From positions 1,707 to 65,706 of the forward strand of contig CAYGZL010000052.1 of NCBI GenBank assembly GCA_964354345.1: 64,000 nt of DNA, given 5' to 3'. Both the position numbers and the translations under genes were made by a program. Under the pieces are notes generated by a model. It ran no database searches. It was given only the letters and a program-made list of their open reading frames with translations, and was not told the origin of the DNA. This DNA is from an uncultured Anaerolineaceae bacterium (GTDB lineage Bacteria > Chloroflexota > Anaerolineae > Anaerolineales > UBA4823). Positions within the stretch are counted from its first letter, which is position 1. Every line of letters begins with the position of its first letter. Positions 62,069 to 64,000 of this stretch are shown in pieces.

Positions 62069-62115
62069 GTGCCCCCACGGGGGTACTGTACGTAAACCCA
62101 TCTTATTTGTGAGAG
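62069..62115. repeat. Copy B of the 47-nt direct repeat; overlaps the 3' end of the nucleotidyltransferase-fold gene
   Basis: GTGCCCCCACGGGGGTACTGTACGTAAACCCATCTTATTTGTGAGAG. The TTATTTGTGAGAG part encodes ..SHK-stop on the minus strand. Confidence 0.7.
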
Positions 62116-62720
62116 GGTCTTGCCTGCAGCAACTGGGAAATCGCCTTCCAAAGATCGGGCAAATCCAATGCCTCACCAAACTGCTCCACCCAGAAGCGGA
62201 TACGCTCTTTATCCAAATTGGGATGACTCGCAGCGATAGACTGGATATCCGTCAGGTCTTTCGTCCGGTGTGCGATGGCTTTCATGATGATCAAATCTTC
62301 CGGAGTTGGTAAGCGCAGTTTGAGCGAACCGATTTCTACTATCGTGCTTCGCTCCACCATTTCAACTTCAAATGGCAGGATGCCCAGGGAAAGATCGATA
62401 TCTATGCCACTGGCATTGTGCCGCAGCAGCAGCACCCGGCTTTTGCGAGCGAAAGCGATGGGGTCAGAAATTCGCGGTTCAATTCCTTGTTTGGCTGCTT
62501 CGGCAAGTAGCCTGGGAATATCTTCGAAACTGAGCAAGAAAACAGCATCCAGGTCAACCGTAAAGCGAGGCGTGCCTAAAAGACTGACTGCCACCCCGCC
62601 AACAATCACCCCCCGGTCATGAAACTGCGAGAGCAGCCTTTGCAAAGCCTGGATTGGGGCTAGTAAAGGGGTTATGCTTTCGGAAGTTGGTTGGCTGCTT
62701 TTTCTTTTAGCTTTGCCCAT
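62103..62720 (-). CDS. Nucleotidyltransferase-fold protein (pol-beta superfamily, AbiEii/DUF6036-like)
   Basis: VGGVAVSLLGTPRFTVDLDAV fits the hG[GS]-x(9-13)-DhD NTase motif. IIMKAIAHRTKDLTDIQSI is the typical second block. The start is uncertain because the ORF overlaps the upstream ORF by 49 nt. Confidence 0.65.
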   Translation of the reverse strand: MGKAKRKSSQPTSESITPLLAPIQALQRLLSQFHDRGVIVGGVAVSLLGTPRFTVDLDAVFLLSFEDIPRLLAEAAKQGIEPRISDPIAFARKSRVLLLRHNASGIDIDLSLGILPFEVEMVERSTIVEIGSLKLRLPTPEDLIIMKAIAHRTKDLTDIQSIAASHPNLDKERIRFWVEQFGEALDLPDLWKAISQLLQARPSHK

Positions 62721-62905
62721 CGTTCAAAAACTCCGGCTTCGCTGGGGTCTTCTCGCAGCAATCCCAGACCTTTGGCCATCGCATAAGCGGTGTTTAACTG
62801 CCGCCAGCGTAATTCGAAAGAAGCGGTTCGCCGTTCCTCTGTTACAACAGCTTCAACTTGAGCCCAACGGGCCTGGTAAGCTTTTAAGTCATCTTTTAAT
62901 GTCAT
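62672..62905 (-). CDS. Small helical protein upstream of the NTase-fold gene (possible antitoxin-like partner)
   Basis: 77-aa ORF on the same strand, immediately upstream and overlapping. No family was recognised. Confidence 0.45.
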   Translation of the reverse strand: MTLKDDLKAYQARWAQVEAVVTEERRTASFELRWRQLNTAYAMAKGLGLLREDPSEAGVFERWAKLKEKAANQLPKA

Positions 62906-62947
62906 ATAACCATTATAGCATGGCGGTTAACGAAAACAACCGCCTTA

Positions 62948-64000
62948 TCAGCGATTGTTTTGGTGTGCCCCTACGAAGACTTGAGTCGAACTACGCGACC
63001 CCGATTCTAAAGTGGGCAACTCTTTTACAATGTATTGAAGAAAGGCAAAAGGTGAGTTTAGCTCACAATCGATGATTTTGCCTTGCCCGTCAATTATAAA
63101 CTGCTTGACTAAAATCTGTAAGAGGGTTGATCGCTCCTTTTCTCCCAGACGCTCATAAAGAAAATTAATCCGGGTCATCAATAGCAAGGCTGCGTCCAAA
63201 TCATCCACTCGCACCAGGGTCTCCCGCTCGAGTTCAGTTATACTAACCTCGGTTCGTAAAACTTTTTCTTGCCACTCTTTTCGCAATTGATCATATGTCT
63301 CCTCACTGATTTTATTGGTTATCAGCAACCGGCCAAGCCGACTTTCTTCTTCCTTCAACCGAGACAATTGCCGCTGAAGACCGGCGACAGTCTCATCCCG
63401 ATCTTCATGAGTAACCTTTTTTATCTGTGTCTGGTAGACTTTTTGAATTAACGGCACTTTAACTAGATCGATCCCAAACCGGTGAATCCACTCTGGAATC
63501 TGATCATCAACTATCTTGCAAGGGATATGGATTTTTTTACCCTTCACTTCTGTACTGGTTATGTAGTAGGAGTAACTGCGCGTGCAGCCGCTGGGAGTAG
63601 ATCCAATCATTTTGTAACGCTTGCCATCTTCTTTTAACCAGACAAGACCGCGCAGCAAGTAATGATGGACTTTATTGCGGGATTTATTGTCGTCATGTTG
63701 GTGAAGGATAGCAAGTCCCTTTGTGTAATTCTCTATGGTGATGATCGGCTCCCATTGCCCTTGAACTTCTCCCATTTTGATTCCAAAACGATCAGAGACG
63801 CTCCAACCAGCATAGAAAGGATTATGGAAGATCCTATGGAGGCGGTTGTTGGCATATAAACGCTTGCCAGTTTCGGGGTCGTTCCAGGCCCAGGGACGCC
63901 CACTGGCGCGTGTATACCCTTTCGCAACCAGTTCTTCACAAATTTGGATCAGGGTATACTGTCCACTCAACAACAAATCCCACGCGTACTTGAGAACTGC
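62948..64000 (-). CDS. Large serine recombinase (recombinase domain, zinc-ribbon region, coiled coil). The N-terminal catalytic domain lies beyond the window end.
   Basis: Recombinase-domain pattern (NNRLHRIFHNPFYAGW, YLLRGLVWL), a long coiled coil (LSRLKEEESRLGRLLITNKISEETYDQL), and an ORF open to base 64000. Confidence 0.85.
   Translation of the reverse strand, partial: AVLKYAWDLLLSGQYTLIQICEELVAKGYTRASGRPWAWNDPETGKRLYANNRLHRIFHNPFYAGWSVSDRFGIKMGEVQGQWEPIITIENYTKGLAILHQHDDNKSRNKVHHYLLRGLVWLKEDGKRYKMIGSTPSGCTRSYSYYITSTEVKGKKIHIPCKIVDDQIPEWIHRFGIDLVKVPLIQKVYQTQIKKVTHEDRDETVAGLQRQLSRLKEEESRLGRLLITNKISEETYDQLRKEWQEKVLRTEVSITELERETLVRVDDLDAALLLMTRINFLYERLGEKERSTLLQILVKQFIIDGQGKIIDCELNSPFAFLQYIVKELPTLESGSRSSTQVFVGAHQNNR

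Noticed and set aside
58687-62115. The GTGCCCCCACGGG repeats as a CRISPR array or as IS terminal inverted repeats.
   Set aside because: Only two copies exist, 3.4 kb apart and in direct orientation. No transposase lies between them and there is no regular spacer architecture.

Overview
This is a bacterial chromosomal window. Hand-counted lines put the core at roughly 50% GC. The gene content (fused nuoCD, both GluRS and GlnRS, KorAB, mreBCD-PBP2-rodA, Thr/Pro-rich linker proteins) looks Chloroflexota-like, but the taxon cannot be established from sequence alone.

Positions 1-52 kb are mostly housekeeping:
- proS (5' end cut by the window edge).
- A beta-oxidation cluster: SCP2, thiolase, a fused 3-hydroxyacyl-CoA dehydrogenase/enoyl-CoA hydratase, and two adjacent acyl-CoA dehydrogenases.
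- An Rrf2-TSUP unit divergent from an MBL hydrolase.
- A SufR-like regulator divergent from iscX-like, nuoB, nuoCD, nuoI, mrp and PSP1.
- PIG-L, an M20 amidohydrolase, and a GntR regulator with korAB.
- mreB-mreC-mreD-PBP2-rodA-gltX, convergent glnS, and tRNA-Gln.
- MerR with a VIT-vWA protein.
- sucCD, acpP, type-2 IDI with a polyprenyl synthase, hemW, a LysM protein, mdh, trxB, pnp and rpsO.

Positions 52.3-64 kb are accessory and heavily decayed:
- Stubs of nitroreductase, GNAT, serine hydrolase and MerR genes.
- An array of four aldo/keto reductase paralogs, of which only one is intact.
- A DUF1566 protein, TetR, and a broken polysaccharide deacetylase.
- A nucleotidyltransferase-fold gene pair and a large serine recombinase that runs off the window end.

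The observations most worth follow-up:
- The complex I Q-module-only operon, translationally coupled to an IscX-like gene and followed by an Mrp homolog that lacks the CxxC motif.
- The ACAD pair in which one member lacks the canonical catalytic Glu.
- A citrate synthase relic next to mdh.
- The GC-rich pseudogene island, which carries an orphan MerR-type operator.
- A 47-nt direct repeat bracketing a 3.4-kb segment.

No CRISPR array, rRNA or complete IS element was seen.
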